Assembly (NCBI GenBank): GCA_021734445.1
Contig: JAIPIY010000001.1
Span: 110,814 to 174,813, forward strand
Length of the DNA: 64,000 nucleotides
Reading direction: 5' to 3'
From: Minisyncoccota bacterium
GTDB taxonomy: Bacteria > Patescibacteriota > Minisyncoccia > Phycocordibacterales > UBA1006
Part shown: piece by piece, positions 28,504-38,731 of the stretch
How the letters are laid out: each line of letters begins with the position of its first letter
Numbering within the stretch: position 1 is the first letter of the stretch
Notes under the pieces: generated by a model
Told to the model about the DNA's origin: nothing
Seen by the model: only the letters and a program-made list of their open reading frames with translations
The model's database searches: none
Made by a program: the position numbers and the translations under genes

Positions 28504-28947
28504 CTATTTTTTACTTTCTTTAATTTTTTGATACACTTGAATAATAATCCTCTTGGTATATTCAGGAATGGATATTTTTTCTATTAATCCTATGAAATTT
28601 TCCTGAGGTAAATATCCTTCTATTATGTGATATTTTATTTCATTACTGTCGGGCCCATTATGATGTGCCGTCAAAAAATGATCACACGTAACCAACGATT
28701 CTAATCTGGTAACAATATCACGTGATCGATAATTATCTATACAAACAACCAAATCTTTTTCCAGATCCTGGGTCATGTCATATACTATTTCTAAATCATC
28801 TAAATCTTTTGCTTCAAGTTCAGTTTCTTCTACTATCTTTTTTGCAATATCATTTATTACAAAATGAAAATCTGCCTTGATAACTGGAGGGGTATCAATT
28901 GTGGACTGATCTTTTTTATATTGTTCAAAATTGGGTTTGAATTTCAT
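28504..28947 (-). CDS. Hypothetical protein, downstream partner of the 1144-aa gene.
   Basis: 147-aa ORF separated from the upstream gene by 5 nt. Confidence 0.4.
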   Translation of the reverse strand: MKFKPNFEQYKKDQSTIDTPPVIKADFHFVINDIAKKIVEETELEAKDLDDLEIVYDMTQDLEKDLVVCIDNYRSRDIVTRLESLVTCDHFLTAHHNGPDSNEIKYHIIEGYLPQENFIGLIEKISIPEYTKRIIIQVYQKIKESKK

Positions 28948-28952
28948 ATGTA

Positions 28953-31900
28953 TTATTTTGCGTTATATTCTAACCATTCTTGCGATCTTCTATCTCTTTC
29001 TCGTTCACGGCCTTTTGATTGCAATAATTCCTGCATGTGATTATAAAATTCATTCAATAGAATCTGAGATTTATGTATAATCATTTCTTCTGAAGCTCCC
29101 TGTACATAATAATATCCATCGCCAAGTCTTTTTTGATTATCAAACAAAGAATCTTCAACCCGATTTTCCATAACACCTCCGTATCCTGCATGTTTTTTTG
29201 TATCCAACACTGATTTTGCATTGACTGGACTATTTTCATCCCCCTGAGGTGGTTTCAAAAATATATTATTCACAGCAGTTAATGCATTTACAAAATCGCT
29301 ACGCTGCGAAGAAAATAATGCATCATTGCTAATCATAATAGACTGTTTAAATTCTTCTGATTCGATATTCTTACCTTCAACTAATTTTTTATTTCGAACA
29401 ACATCAACATGTTCAGCAGTATCAATATATTCCCCTTGAGGAGTTAATATATAACCATGAAATTCACTATCAACAAAAGAATTATTATGTTGACCCACAG
29501 CATCAATGGTATCTCTTTTTAATTTCATCCACGCATATACGATATCTCTTTCCTGATCTGAGGCAAAAGATTGTAACAAAGAACCAGTAGTCATTAACAT
29601 TTTTTCAAAATCTTGGGGATTATTTCCTGTTTCACCAAATAAAATAGCCTCCTTACCCAAATATTTATCACACAACTGTATTGCAATTCCCGCATAATGC
29701 GAAGCCATAATAGATTTTTCAAATTGCTCTACGCTGTCAGTTGCCATACCTTTTATCTCACAACGTTCACCAGATTGAATATAATCGGTAAAATTTTCAA
29801 AACTTTTACTATGTATATTTTTTGTATGTATTATTTCCTTTCCGGCAGTTACACCAGTTAATTGTGTCATAGTAAGAAGATTGTTTAAAAAATACATATT
29901 TTCATTCACATGTAATCCATTATCACCCACCAATGACAGATGATATCCCCGAGGAGCATCTTTGTACTGTTTGAAATTTAAATCCATAAACCCCGCTTCT
30001 TGTAATAACCTTACTTCGGCCATCAACATATATGGATTATAGTTTGGTTTTAATGCAATTTCATGAATTGCATCTGCTCCAGTACCGATATTTGTACTCT
30101 CGCTAACCAATTGAATATCTTTTTTATATCCTAAAAAGCTTTCTTCCTTATACATATTTGCAATAGAACCAGTTACTTCATATTCAATACCCATAGAAAC
30201 TTTACACCCATCTGGAATTGCTTCAGGATTATATTGATTCAAAATATTTTCAAATGTATGCATACGACGCGCAAAACCATCAGGATTTTCTGTACCATAT
30301 GCAGTAATTGCCAACGCAATCAAGTGTCTCCCCTTGTCTCCATATTGATTTTCAAATTTTTCTAAAGTGGCCAATATGGGAGTCGGAAGTTTTTCTGGGC
30401 TATTCGTAACCCAAAATGATTCTTGTATGTTTTTCAATCGCGTTTCTTTTATTTGTTGTTCTTGATCTTCTTTTGCATGTAACCGAGAAGCCGAAATAAG
30501 TTTTTCAAAAAGAATATCTTGTATAGAGACATCATCTGTGTATCCCTCTCGTAAAAAAGAAAATCGAGGATTTCCAATAAGGTTTTTCGAAGCGCCATAA
30601 TTCCCTGTTTCTAAAAATACCTGAAAGGCTGATTTTACTTTTTCTACCGCACCAGGTAAAGATAATAATGTTTCAACATCCTTGTACGAGCATACTTGGA
30701 CCGCAAATTCATCATCCCGGGCATTTTGTAATGCGATTTGTAGAAAAGGATTTTTTGCTTCGCTATCTTTATGAAAAAGAACGGTAAGTGCCGTATGGCT
30801 ATTAAGTTCAAATGATTTCTTAATTTTTTCTTCTGCGCCAGACAAATGCAGTAAATTAACGAGAGCTTTTTCTTTTTCAAATACTAAGCCCGTAAAAATG
30901 CCTGGTGAAAGAGTCATTATTGCCCTTTCTTTTAATTCCTTTGTAATCTCTTTTTTTTCTGACAACAATATCGTCTTTGCAATGTTTGGTTTATCGGATA
31001 TTAGGAATTCGACAGAAACCCCAAGAAAATCAGCATACTCAAAAATTTGATCAGCTGATACATTTGGATTCTGAAGAAATTGTTCAACATACTTTTGCTT
31101 TTCTTGCACAGAAAAGTAATTAGGAATTAAAGATATTGGAATAATATAATTGCTCCCCAGAAAGGTGCTTACAAAAGCATTTTCTGAAATTTCTTTTTTC
31201 AAAAGTTTTTCAATCGTATCAGTATTACGTATAATGCTTCGCATCCAAACAGGAATAATGTCCTCACTGTCACTTATCTTATAGCTAGACGCGACACGAA
31301 GAAAATCTAATTTATTTTTAATATCAAAAATCTGTGTATATTGTCCTTCTTGATCAAGTTTTTGTATATATGTTTTAATCTTCTCCATATGCGGAGCCAT
31401 CTCAGATCTACTCAAAGATATTTCTGGATTCTGCTCCCATGCAGATAATATTTCTTCTGCTGAAAAATTCTGCATCTCTACTTCTTTTCCTGTTTTAATT
31501 CTTGCTTGTAATAAAGAGAATATTTTTTCATCAACATCTAATACTGAAATCTTATCATTATATACTTCAATAATCCTATATATATCTATATCTTCATTCT
31601 CAACAGCTGCAGAAAAAATTGATTTTTTTATCAAAATATCATGAAATTCATCCAAAGAATCTAAGACAAAATCTCCATATAATGAATGATTATTTGTTAG
31701 CATATCTAAATCTTTATCGAGATGCATAGACTCTGCAAGTGTTTGTATTTCAGAGAAAATTCTTGATTCCTCTTCATTCGTAGAATGTTCATATTCTACA
31801 TAGGCCAGAAAATCTATACCATAACTGGCAAGACGTTGATTAATTATCTCCCACCCAGAAAGAGTTCTGTTTTTAATTTCTTCGAATTCTTTTCTTATAG

Positions 31901-32387
31901 ATTCTTTATCTTGAATTTCATTAATAGTTTCTTTTTCTAATACAATTTTTGAAATTCCACCATCTTGATCCAATAATGATAATTTTCCTTTTGCTTTTAC
32001 CACCTCTAATTCAGCAAGGCTAACTTTGATTTGATAACCATTCGAATCTTCTTTATTTGATTCTAATTCGGCCAAATTTTTCTCTGCACGATTAAGATTT
32101 TGTTGTAATATGACACGCAATGTTTCTTTTTCTAATTTTTGTGCCTCTGTATGTAATTCATTTATCTTTTTTGTAATCTGTAGTTCTTTTTCTATTTGTT
32201 GTGCAATTTCTGGATTTTTTAGATTGGCAGAACTTACAATTTCTTGGATTTGATTATCTTGGTCTATAAATTCTTTTGTTTTTGCGTGAATTTCTTGTTG
32301 TGTTTTTTTTTGAATTTCAGAAAAAACTTCTTGCTGTGGAGAATTTTCAGATGCTTTTTCTTGATTGTCTTTGTGTTCGATACTCAT
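28953..32387 (-). CDS. Large cytoplasmic protein with an N-terminal coiled coil and, in the C-terminal third, glutamine synthetase-fold amidoligase-like (GCS2/YbdK-like) motifs.
   Basis: 1144 aa with no signal peptide. Motifs VSMGIEYEVTG and RGYHLSLVGDNGLHVNE resemble carboxylate-amine ligase GxExE and GxHxHxG, by eye only. Confidence 0.5.
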   Translation of the reverse strand: MSIEHKDNQEKASENSPQQEVFSEIQKKTQQEIHAKTKEFIDQDNQIQEIVSSANLKNPEIAQQIEKELQITKKINELHTEAQKLEKETLRVILQQNLNRAEKNLAELESNKEDSNGYQIKVSLAELEVVKAKGKLSLLDQDGGISKIVLEKETINEIQDKESIRKEFEEIKNRTLSGWEIINQRLASYGIDFLAYVEYEHSTNEEESRIFSEIQTLAESMHLDKDLDMLTNNHSLYGDFVLDSLDEFHDILIKKSIFSAAVENEDIDIYRIIEVYNDKISVLDVDEKIFSLLQARIKTGKEVEMQNFSAEEILSAWEQNPEISLSRSEMAPHMEKIKTYIQKLDQEGQYTQIFDIKNKLDFLRVASSYKISDSEDIIPVWMRSIIRNTDTIEKLLKKEISENAFVSTFLGSNYIIPISLIPNYFSVQEKQKYVEQFLQNPNVSADQIFEYADFLGVSVEFLISDKPNIAKTILLSEKKEITKELKERAIMTLSPGIFTGLVFEKEKALVNLLHLSGAEEKIKKSFELNSHTALTVLFHKDSEAKNPFLQIALQNARDDEFAVQVCSYKDVETLLSLPGAVEKVKSAFQVFLETGNYGASKNLIGNPRFSFLREGYTDDVSIQDILFEKLISASRLHAKEDQEQQIKETRLKNIQESFWVTNSPEKLPTPILATLEKFENQYGDKGRHLIALAITAYGTENPDGFARRMHTFENILNQYNPEAIPDGCKVSMGIEYEVTGSIANMYKEESFLGYKKDIQLVSESTNIGTGADAIHEIALKPNYNPYMLMAEVRLLQEAGFMDLNFKQYKDAPRGYHLSLVGDNGLHVNENMYFLNNLLTMTQLTGVTAGKEIIHTKNIHSKSFENFTDYIQSGERCEIKGMATDSVEQFEKSIMASHYAGIAIQLCDKYLGKEAILFGETGNNPQDFEKMLMTTGSLLQSFASDQERDIVYAWMKLKRDTIDAVGQHNNSFVDSEFHGYILTPQGEYIDTAEHVDVVRNKKLVEGKNIESEEFKQSIMISNDALFSSQRSDFVNALTAVNNIFLKPPQGDENSPVNAKSVLDTKKHAGYGGVMENRVEDSLFDNQKRLGDGYYYVQGASEEMIIHKSQILLNEFYNHMQELLQSKGRERERDRRSQEWLEYNAK

Positions 32388-32633
32388 GGTTTAGTGGTTT
32401 TTTATATCATTTTGAATCTCTCTTATTTTCTCTGTTTCAATTTTTTCTCGAAACAGCCGAAGGATGCTATTTTTTGCAATCAATAAATTTGAAAATTTTT
32501 GATAAAAGTCTTTTTTTGCAGACTGTATATACTCAATATCTTTTTCACCAGCGGGCAATTGCATATCGCTAGTATATCATTTTTCTTCTTTTTCCTCTAT
32601 GCATCTTGTGTGGCTATGGTATACTGTACACAT

Positions 32634-33116
32634 ATGGAAAAAGAGTCTCGCAAACCAACATTGCTTTCTTGGAAAACTTTGGAACATGTGCACCGACCGC
32701 GTACAAAAGACTGGTACTGGGGTCTAGGTCTGACAACAATCGCTGGGATTGTAATAGCTATCTTGATTGGAAATGCACTGATTGGAGTCATGATTGTTAT
32801 TATTGCATTTACGATATTATTGTATACATTTCATCCCCCTATTACATTGAATATTGCAGTAAACGAAGATGGAATTAAAATCAATAACAAAATGTATCCT
32901 TTTGAAAATGTTCATGCATATGATATCCATGATTACAAAGAAGAAACATCTTTGTTCATTGTTTTAAAAGAAGGTATTTCTCCTTTGATTATTATTCCTA
33001 TCAATAAAGATATTATTGCTCTGGATGATATTCATGAAATATTCCAGGAATTTATTCCCCAGGAACACATGCGGACACCCTTGATTCATCAAATCATGCA
33101 TTATTTGAATATCTAA
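32634..33116 (+). CDS. Small membrane protein, hypothetical.
   Basis: Start moved to the internal ATG (MEKESRKP); 2 TM segments. Confidence 0.4.
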   Translation: MEKESRKPTLLSWKTLEHVHRPRTKDWYWGLGLTTIAGIVIAILIGNALIGVMIVIIAFTILLYTFHPPITLNIAVNEDGIKINNKMYPFENVHAYDIHDYKEETSLFIVLKEGISPLIIIPINKDIIALDDIHEIFQEFIPQEHMRTPLIHQIMHYLNI

Positions 33117-33187
33117 TCTGATATTGCTAAAATTATAAATCAATGCTATAAAATACAGGCATATCCAGGCCTTTTGCAGGATAGATC

Positions 33188-33259
33188 GCTCTCGTCGTTC
33201 AATGGATAGGACATGACTTTGCGGAAGTTAAAATATAGGTTCGATTCCTATCGAGAGCA
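33188..33259 (+). tRNA. tRNA-Arg, anticodon read as GCG (unusual for bacteria).
   Basis: Acceptor GCTCTCG/CGAGAGC+A, D-arm GTTC/GGAC, anticodon stem TGACT/AGTTA, loop TTGCGGA, T-loop TTCGATT. Anchored via ORF 33199. Confidence 0.65.
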
Positions 33260-33266
33260 CATAATA

Positions 33267-33965
33267 TTATAAAACACCCACAGCATAAGAAATCCTTATT
33301 GCCTCTTTTTCTTTTTTTATTTTCCTGATTTTTATTGAGACTATTTGATTCAAATACGCCACATGCGTACCTCCGCAAGGAATACAAAAATCACCATAAA
33401 ACACCGTACGCATAGGTTTCCCATTTTGCAGTTTCGTATCATCAAAAACCAATGTTGTTTTTATATCTCGAGAAATAATAGCATTACATGATTGCTCTAA
33501 TTCGGATAGCAATGTATCAATAGATATATTTTCCATATCGGCCACATATTCAACATAAGATCCCTCTGGGAAATGATATCCTTTTCCCGGCACCCAAGAT
33601 ATTTGCAATTCTTTTAATGCCATATCTATCACATGACCTGCGCTGTGCAGCCGCGAATGTAGTATTCTTTTTTCTTTATCTACAAAACACAATATTTCCA
33701 TACCAACCGATATATCACCCTGTTCTAGTATTCCAATATGATGCACAGCATCGTCTATATACCGAACTTGTTGTACCCGAAATACTACAGCACCATCGGA
33801 TGTTTTTATCACCCCAGTATCATACGGCTGACCACCACCCTGTGGGTAAAAAACCGTTTGATCAAGGATCACAGTAACGCCAATTTCATTTTTTTGTATA
33901 GAGATAATTTTCGCGGAACATTCTGTTTGTTCCATATTTTTCATGTATAAAAGTTCTGTTTTCAT
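33267..33965 (-). CDS. AlaX-like alanyl-tRNA editing protein (tRNA_SAD domain).
   Basis: HSAGHVID ... CGGTHV zinc-binding motifs; 232 aa. Confidence 0.7.
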   Translation of the reverse strand: MKTELLYMKNMEQTECSAKIISIQKNEIGVTVILDQTVFYPQGGGQPYDTGVIKTSDGAVVFRVQQVRYIDDAVHHIGILEQGDISVGMEILCFVDKEKRILHSRLHSAGHVIDMALKELQISWVPGKGYHFPEGSYVEYVADMENISIDTLLSELEQSCNAIISRDIKTTLVFDDTKLQNGKPMRTVFYGDFCIPCGGTHVAYLNQIVSIKIRKIKKEKEAIRISYAVGVL

Positions 33966-34024
33966 ATATCACATAGTATATAAGTTTATAAAAAAGAGGA
34001 AGCTGTACTAGCCCCCTCTTTGCA

Positions 34025-34564
34025 TTAATTCAGCACCGGCATAATTTTGCCATCTCTCTTGAATTCAATTCGTAGTTCGTTCCCCATTTTATAAGGAATA
34101 ATACCCATAATATTATTCCTATCATTATGCAACCGTGGAAGCAGTAGTGGAAATGTTCCACTGGGTAAAGTATTTACATCTTTCTTGATTTCATAACGAG
34201 CAACTTGGGTTGCAAAACCCCCAGCACTGTTACATTCCCAAATTGATACACTATGGATATCTACAGTAGTCTCGAAAAGATTTACGGTATATTCTCGATT
34301 ATACTTACTATACGATAAAGGTTTCAATTCAGGCCCCGCAATAACGCAAAAATTAGCCCGGCAACACATAATTGCATCCATATCGGATATTGTTGCATTA
34401 AATCTTCCCATCTTGATATTGTTTTGTAGACCGAATGCAATATCAGAAACATTTTTAAATGCTGGAAACTTCAATGCAATTACTTCAACCGTCTCCTGGC
34501 TTAATGGGAGAACAAACATGTCTTGATTCATGATTTTATTTTTTAAGTGAACAATCTGATTCAA
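34025..34564 (-). CDS. Hypothetical protein.
   Basis: 179-aa ORF. Confidence 0.35.
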   Translation of the reverse strand: MNQIVHLKNKIMNQDMFVLPLSQETVEVIALKFPAFKNVSDIAFGLQNNIKMGRFNATISDMDAIMCCRANFCVIAGPELKPLSYSKYNREYTVNLFETTVDIHSVSIWECNSAGGFATQVARYEIKKDVNTLPSGTFPLLLPRLHNDRNNIMGIIPYKMGNELRIEFKRDGKIMPVLN

Positions 34565-34651
34565 GTATAGACAAGCGAAAGCAATAAATGAAATTTTATA
34601 TCAAAAGAAACATATTTGTATCTTTTTGTTATATATGATAGATTACAAAAT

Positions 34652-35299
34652 ATGATTAAAATACATGATGTTGTAGAATCTATTTTGTATAAAGACGAAG
34701 AAGCTCTGACTGCCCTGTCTATGGGGTATATGAATCTCTCTCAATATGCAAAGCAAATAAAAAATCAGGTCGAGGATATGACAAAAAAAGATGTTGGCGT
34801 TGCAGGAATTGTTGTTACCCTGTCTCGTATTGCAAAGAAATTAAATGGAAAAAATCCATTAATCCAAGATATCCAAATCAAAAACATAACCACAAAATCC
34901 CCTCTTTCAGAGATTGTATACAGTAAAACCACTGAATCTATTTCCAAATTGGCAAAGATTTATGAAAAGGTAAAAACTGATACTGATGATTTTTTTACTA
35001 TTACTCTTTCCACCACAGAAATTACTGTCATTTGTAGTGATAGAATTAAAATAGAAATAGAAAAAATATTAAAAGAAAAGCCACTTATGGTGGTGAAAAA
35101 TCTGGCATCTATTGGATTGGCATTAGATCCAAAATATTACCCCATGCCCAATATAACCTTTTCTTTAATTCGTAAAATCGCACAAAAAAGAATTCCTTTA
35201 GCAGAAACCATTACCACCCGCACTGAAATAATCTTTATCTTTGAACAAAAATACCTTGCCCAAATGATTGGACTGTACATACCAAAAGATAATGGATAA
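34652..35299 (+). CDS. Hypothetical protein (possibly ACT-like regulatory fold).
   Basis: Start at MIKIHD; the ORF-track start at 34616 is an alternative. Confidence 0.35.
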   Translation: MIKIHDVVESILYKDEEALTALSMGYMNLSQYAKQIKNQVEDMTKKDVGVAGIVVTLSRIAKKLNGKNPLIQDIQIKNITTKSPLSEIVYSKTTESISKLAKIYEKVKTDTDDFFTITLSTTEITVICSDRIKIEIEKILKEKPLMVVKNLASIGLALDPKYYPMPNITFSLIRKIAQKRIPLAETITTRTEIIFIFEQKYLAQMIGLYIPKDNG

Positions 35300-35310
35300 T
35301 ATTAACTTTT

Positions 35311-35568
35311 TTATTTCAATAACTTCTTCTTTACAAAAAAAGAAACACTCATTAACAGTATTCCTAATACAACAGGAAACAATAAAAAGACAAAGAGTTG
35401 ATATGGCCCGCTGCCAAAATTATTATAAGGTGCCGGACCACTTATAATCCATATATAACGTTCATAATTACCATGTATCCACCAATACAATAAAACAGGA
35501 CTAATTAGTAGGATCAAACCTATTCCCAATAGAAGCGATATTAATATATCGAGTAAATATTTTTTCAT
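35311..35568 (-). CDS. Small two-TM membrane protein.
   Basis: 85 aa, hydrophobic. Confidence 0.4.
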   Translation of the reverse strand: MKKYLLDILISLLLGIGLILLISPVLLYWWIHGNYERYIWIISGPAPYNNFGSGPYQLFVFLLFPVVLGILLMSVSFFVKKKLLK

Positions 35569-35618
35569 ATTAAATTAAAAATATTACCACAATAGTAATT
35601 TGAACAACATATAGAAAG

Positions 35619-36242
35619 CTAGTCTTTCTTAAACTGAATAAAACCATTTTTCTGCAACCACGACCACAATATATCAGCGCTTCGACCTTCTTTGATTTCT
35701 CTTTGTGAAAGCTTTTCAAAAATCTCTTCTGCGGACAAAATAACTGTTTCAATATCACCCTGTTCATATTCTTCTAATTCTTGTTCTCCAATATCAGCAT
35801 TTTTTACAAGATAATAATGCAAATCCCATTCTACAGAGGCTCCTGCTTTTGAAACTTCCATAGGAATAAATTCACCACCAGAAATTCCCGCTTCTTCTTT
35901 TCCTTCTTTTTTTGCAGCTATTTCTGCCAAGGGTTCAATAGAATTACCTGATTCTCGATGCTGATCTAATTCGCCCAATGAATCAAACACCTTTCCACCA
36001 GGCAGACGAAAATCAAATCCATTTGCTTCGCGACGGATTTCACGGGTCATAAGAAGAGCTTTTCTGCCGTCTTTTTCTGTTTCGATGATTAATCTCACTC
36101 CGGGTGCACGAACTGCGGCTTCGAATGTTACCCCTGGTTTTCCTTCCCAGGTGACAATTTCAAACATCTTGCCCCGGTATGCAATCTCAAATTTTGGCTT
36201 CATGGTTAGTGTATTTTTACCTGCATGAGATATAGGTTCCAT
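35619..36242 (-). CDS. NUDIX hydrolase.
   Basis: Nudix box GGKVFDSLGELDQHRESGNSIEPLAEIAAKKEGKEEAGI. Confidence 0.6.
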   Translation of the reverse strand: MEPISHAGKNTLTMKPKFEIAYRGKMFEIVTWEGKPGVTFEAAVRAPGVRLIIETEKDGRKALLMTREIRREANGFDFRLPGGKVFDSLGELDQHRESGNSIEPLAEIAAKKEGKEEAGISGGEFIPMEVSKAGASVEWDLHYYLVKNADIGEQELEEYEQGDIETVILSAEEIFEKLSQREIKEGRSADILWSWLQKNGFIQFKKD

Positions 36243-36327
36243 TTTTTCATCATATCATGTTGTAATTATTTTATCTATTTTTTTATGATATAATATAATT
36301 CAATCACTTATTAGTAAGATTTTATAT

Positions 36328-37038
36328 ATGGAACCAGAAACACAAAAACAAGCATTCACCATAAATACACCCACTGCGGTTATTATAGGTAGTATTATTA
36401 TCGCAGTTGCAGTATTCTTTTCAAACGGAGGATCTTTTAAAAAAGAACTAACACCCGAAGAGCTTCATGAAAAACAAGTATCAGCAATGCTACAAATCCA
36501 AGAAGATGATTATGTACGTGGAAACAAAGATGCAGAAATCATTGTCTACGAATATTCTGACATTGATTGCCCTTATTGCCGTGAATTCCACAAAACAATG
36601 AACGAAGCTATGGAGCAAAATGATAACGTAGCTTGGGTATACCGTCATTTCCCATTAGATTCATTGCACCCATTAGCACGCCAAAAAGCAGAAGCTGTAG
36701 AATGTATCGGCAGTATCGGTGGAGAGGATGCATTTTGGGGAGTATTAGATACATTATTCGAAGATGAATCTTTTCATAATGTTTTTGATATTGAAAAAAT
36801 ATCAGCTCTTGGAGAAACATTTGGAGTATCAAAAGATGCATTACAACAATGTATTTCTGATAACACTTTTGCAGAAAAAATTATGGCCCAGCAAAACCAA
36901 GCAACAGATGCCGGAGCCCAAGGAACCCCTTATTCAGTATTGGGAGATAAAGAAGGTAATTTTCTTCTAGAGCTACCTGGATATGTAGATACGGCAACCA
37001 TGAATCAAATACTTAGTAACCCTAACGCATTACAATAA
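36328..37038 (+). CDS. DsbA-family thiol:disulfide oxidoreductase (secreted, CPYC active site).
   Basis: N-terminal TM, YSDIDCPYCREFH thioredoxin-fold motif. Confidence 0.7.
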   Translation: MEPETQKQAFTINTPTAVIIGSIIIAVAVFFSNGGSFKKELTPEELHEKQVSAMLQIQEDDYVRGNKDAEIIVYEYSDIDCPYCREFHKTMNEAMEQNDNVAWVYRHFPLDSLHPLARQKAEAVECIGSIGGEDAFWGVLDTLFEDESFHNVFDIEKISALGETFGVSKDALQQCISDNTFAEKIMAQQNQATDAGAQGTPYSVLGDKEGNFLLELPGYVDTATMNQILSNPNALQ

Positions 37039-37040
37039 TC

Positions 37041-37502
37041 ATGAAATTTTCAACAAATACATCTTTAATTATTATCGTACTATTAGTTGTTGGTGCGGGG
37101 TTTGGAATCTGGTCAGCAGTTAAAAACGCTGATGCTGAAGCAGAATTAACACCCTTTGCACAATGTCTTGGTGAAACTGATACTAAATTCTATGGGGCAT
37201 TCTGGTGTCCACATTGCCAAAGCCAAAAAGAACTATTTGGAAAAGCTAAAAAAGACCTTCCGTATATAGAATGTTCAACAGCTAGTCGATCTCAAAAACA
37301 AGAATGTACTGATGCAGGAATAGAAAGCTACCCTACATGGGTTTTTGCAGATGAATCAGTATTAACTGGTGAAATCTCATTAGAGACACTTTCTGAAAAA
37401 ACAGGATGTATATTACCAGGACAAGAAGAATCTATGACCGAGATTGAAGTTGAAATTGAAACACCTGTCGCAGAAGGTGAAATAATCAAAACAGAAGAAT
37501 AA
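37041..37502 (+). CDS. Thioredoxin-like membrane-anchored protein (CPHC), of the kind often found with VKOR/DsbB.
   Basis: N-terminal TM, GAFWCPHCQSQKELF. Confidence 0.55.
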   Translation: MKFSTNTSLIIIVLLVVGAGFGIWSAVKNADAEAELTPFAQCLGETDTKFYGAFWCPHCQSQKELFGKAKKDLPYIECSTASRSQKQECTDAGIESYPTWVFADESVLTGEISLETLSEKTGCILPGQEESMTEIEVEIETPVAEGEIIKTEE

Positions 37503-37503
37503 T

Positions 37504-38028
37504 ATGTACCCTGTATTTGATACCATTATGGGCTCAGGAATACTGGTATTAGGTATACTGTCCATAATTATATTAGTTCTCTATTTTGTTTCACCAAAAT
37601 ATGCAATCATTTTATGGATACAGAATAATATTTTGATTGTAGGATTTGTTATTGCGTTAGGTGGTGTAATGGGATCTCTTATCTATTCAGAGATTATTGG
37701 ATTCGAACCATGTCGCCTGTGTTGGTATCAAAGAGTTGCATTATTCCCTATTGCACTATTGTCTGGAATAGCAATCATCAAAAAACACTCGTGGATAACC
37801 CTGTATGGATTGGTATTGTCCATTATTGGCGGAATTATCGCCATATATCATATTATTCTAGAAAAAAATATATTTGGTGATGCGGTAAATCTACCCTGTG
37901 CAGCAGATGCGGTATCTTGTACTGTCCAATACGTCTATGTGTTTGATGGTCTGATTACCATCCCATCTATGTCTTTTGTCGTGTTCTTTGCCCTGTTTAC
38001 GGTATTCTTTATTGGTTCAAAAAAATAA
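37504..38028 (+). CDS. Disulfide bond formation protein B (DsbB/BdbC family).
   Basis: EPCRLCWYQR motif plus a second Cys pair (CAADAVSC); 4 TM segments. Confidence 0.7.
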   Translation: MYPVFDTIMGSGILVLGILSIIILVLYFVSPKYAIILWIQNNILIVGFVIALGGVMGSLIYSEIIGFEPCRLCWYQRVALFPIALLSGIAIIKKHSWITLYGLVLSIIGGIIAIYHIILEKNIFGDAVNLPCAADAVSCTVQYVYVFDGLITIPSMSFVVFFALFTVFFIGSKK

Positions 38029-38104
38029 AAACCAGACAATCAAAAATCCCCCATCTGATGATGGGGGATTTTTGCGTCTATTACCAATAAGTGCTATGTA
38101 GTAG

Positions 38105-38731
38105 TTAAACCGAAACAGTGAAAATATTATCCATGGTACGCATTACTTTCTGCGCATAATCAGGGACAATTGATGGTGGATTATACGTTTGCAAAATTTG
38201 AAACGTATCTTTGTCTTTATAATATCGAGAGGTAGAAGGAACATGACCACCTAAATGTTGAGAGATTCTGTCGATTGCTTCTTCATAACTTGAAAAAGAA
38301 ATCTTACATGACCCCCAGCCAAAAGCGGCATACGTTGCCTTTTTACAAGCGAACTTGCCTCCTGTAGATTCAATGAATCCAATAGAAGCCAATAGTCGCC
38401 AATCGATGCCAGAAGCGTCAGCAGCGCGTACAAAGTGAATTCCATATCCAGCCAAAGGAAGATTCCCTTTGCGGATAAAAAAGTCATCAATATATGCAGC
38501 CCGTTCTTCTTCTGTTAGACCATCTACAAGATGTAGATCCTCTGAACCATCTTTTCGTGTTTCGGACACTATGACCATTGCATCATCCGGCGCCAAAGCG
38601 GCAGTTGCATGCAACCCGATTCCCATAGCAAGGAAAAAGATTGCAACAACCAATACATAAGCCGGAGATACAAATCGTATATGCAATTGATAAGGCATAA
38701 CTAGCGATATGAGCTTCGCAAAACTATCCAT
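38105..38731 (-). CDS. Secreted hypothetical protein (possible cell-wall hydrolase-like).
   Basis: N-terminal TM/signal; motif WRLLASIGFIESTGG. Function not established. Confidence 0.35.
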   Translation of the reverse strand: MDSFAKLISLVMPYQLHIRFVSPAYVLVVAIFFLAMGIGLHATAALAPDDAMVIVSETRKDGSEDLHLVDGLTEEERAAYIDDFFIRKGNLPLAGYGIHFVRAADASGIDWRLLASIGFIESTGGKFACKKATYAAFGWGSCKISFSSYEEAIDRISQHLGGHVPSTSRYYKDKDTFQILQTYNPPSIVPDYAQKVMRTMDNIFTVSV

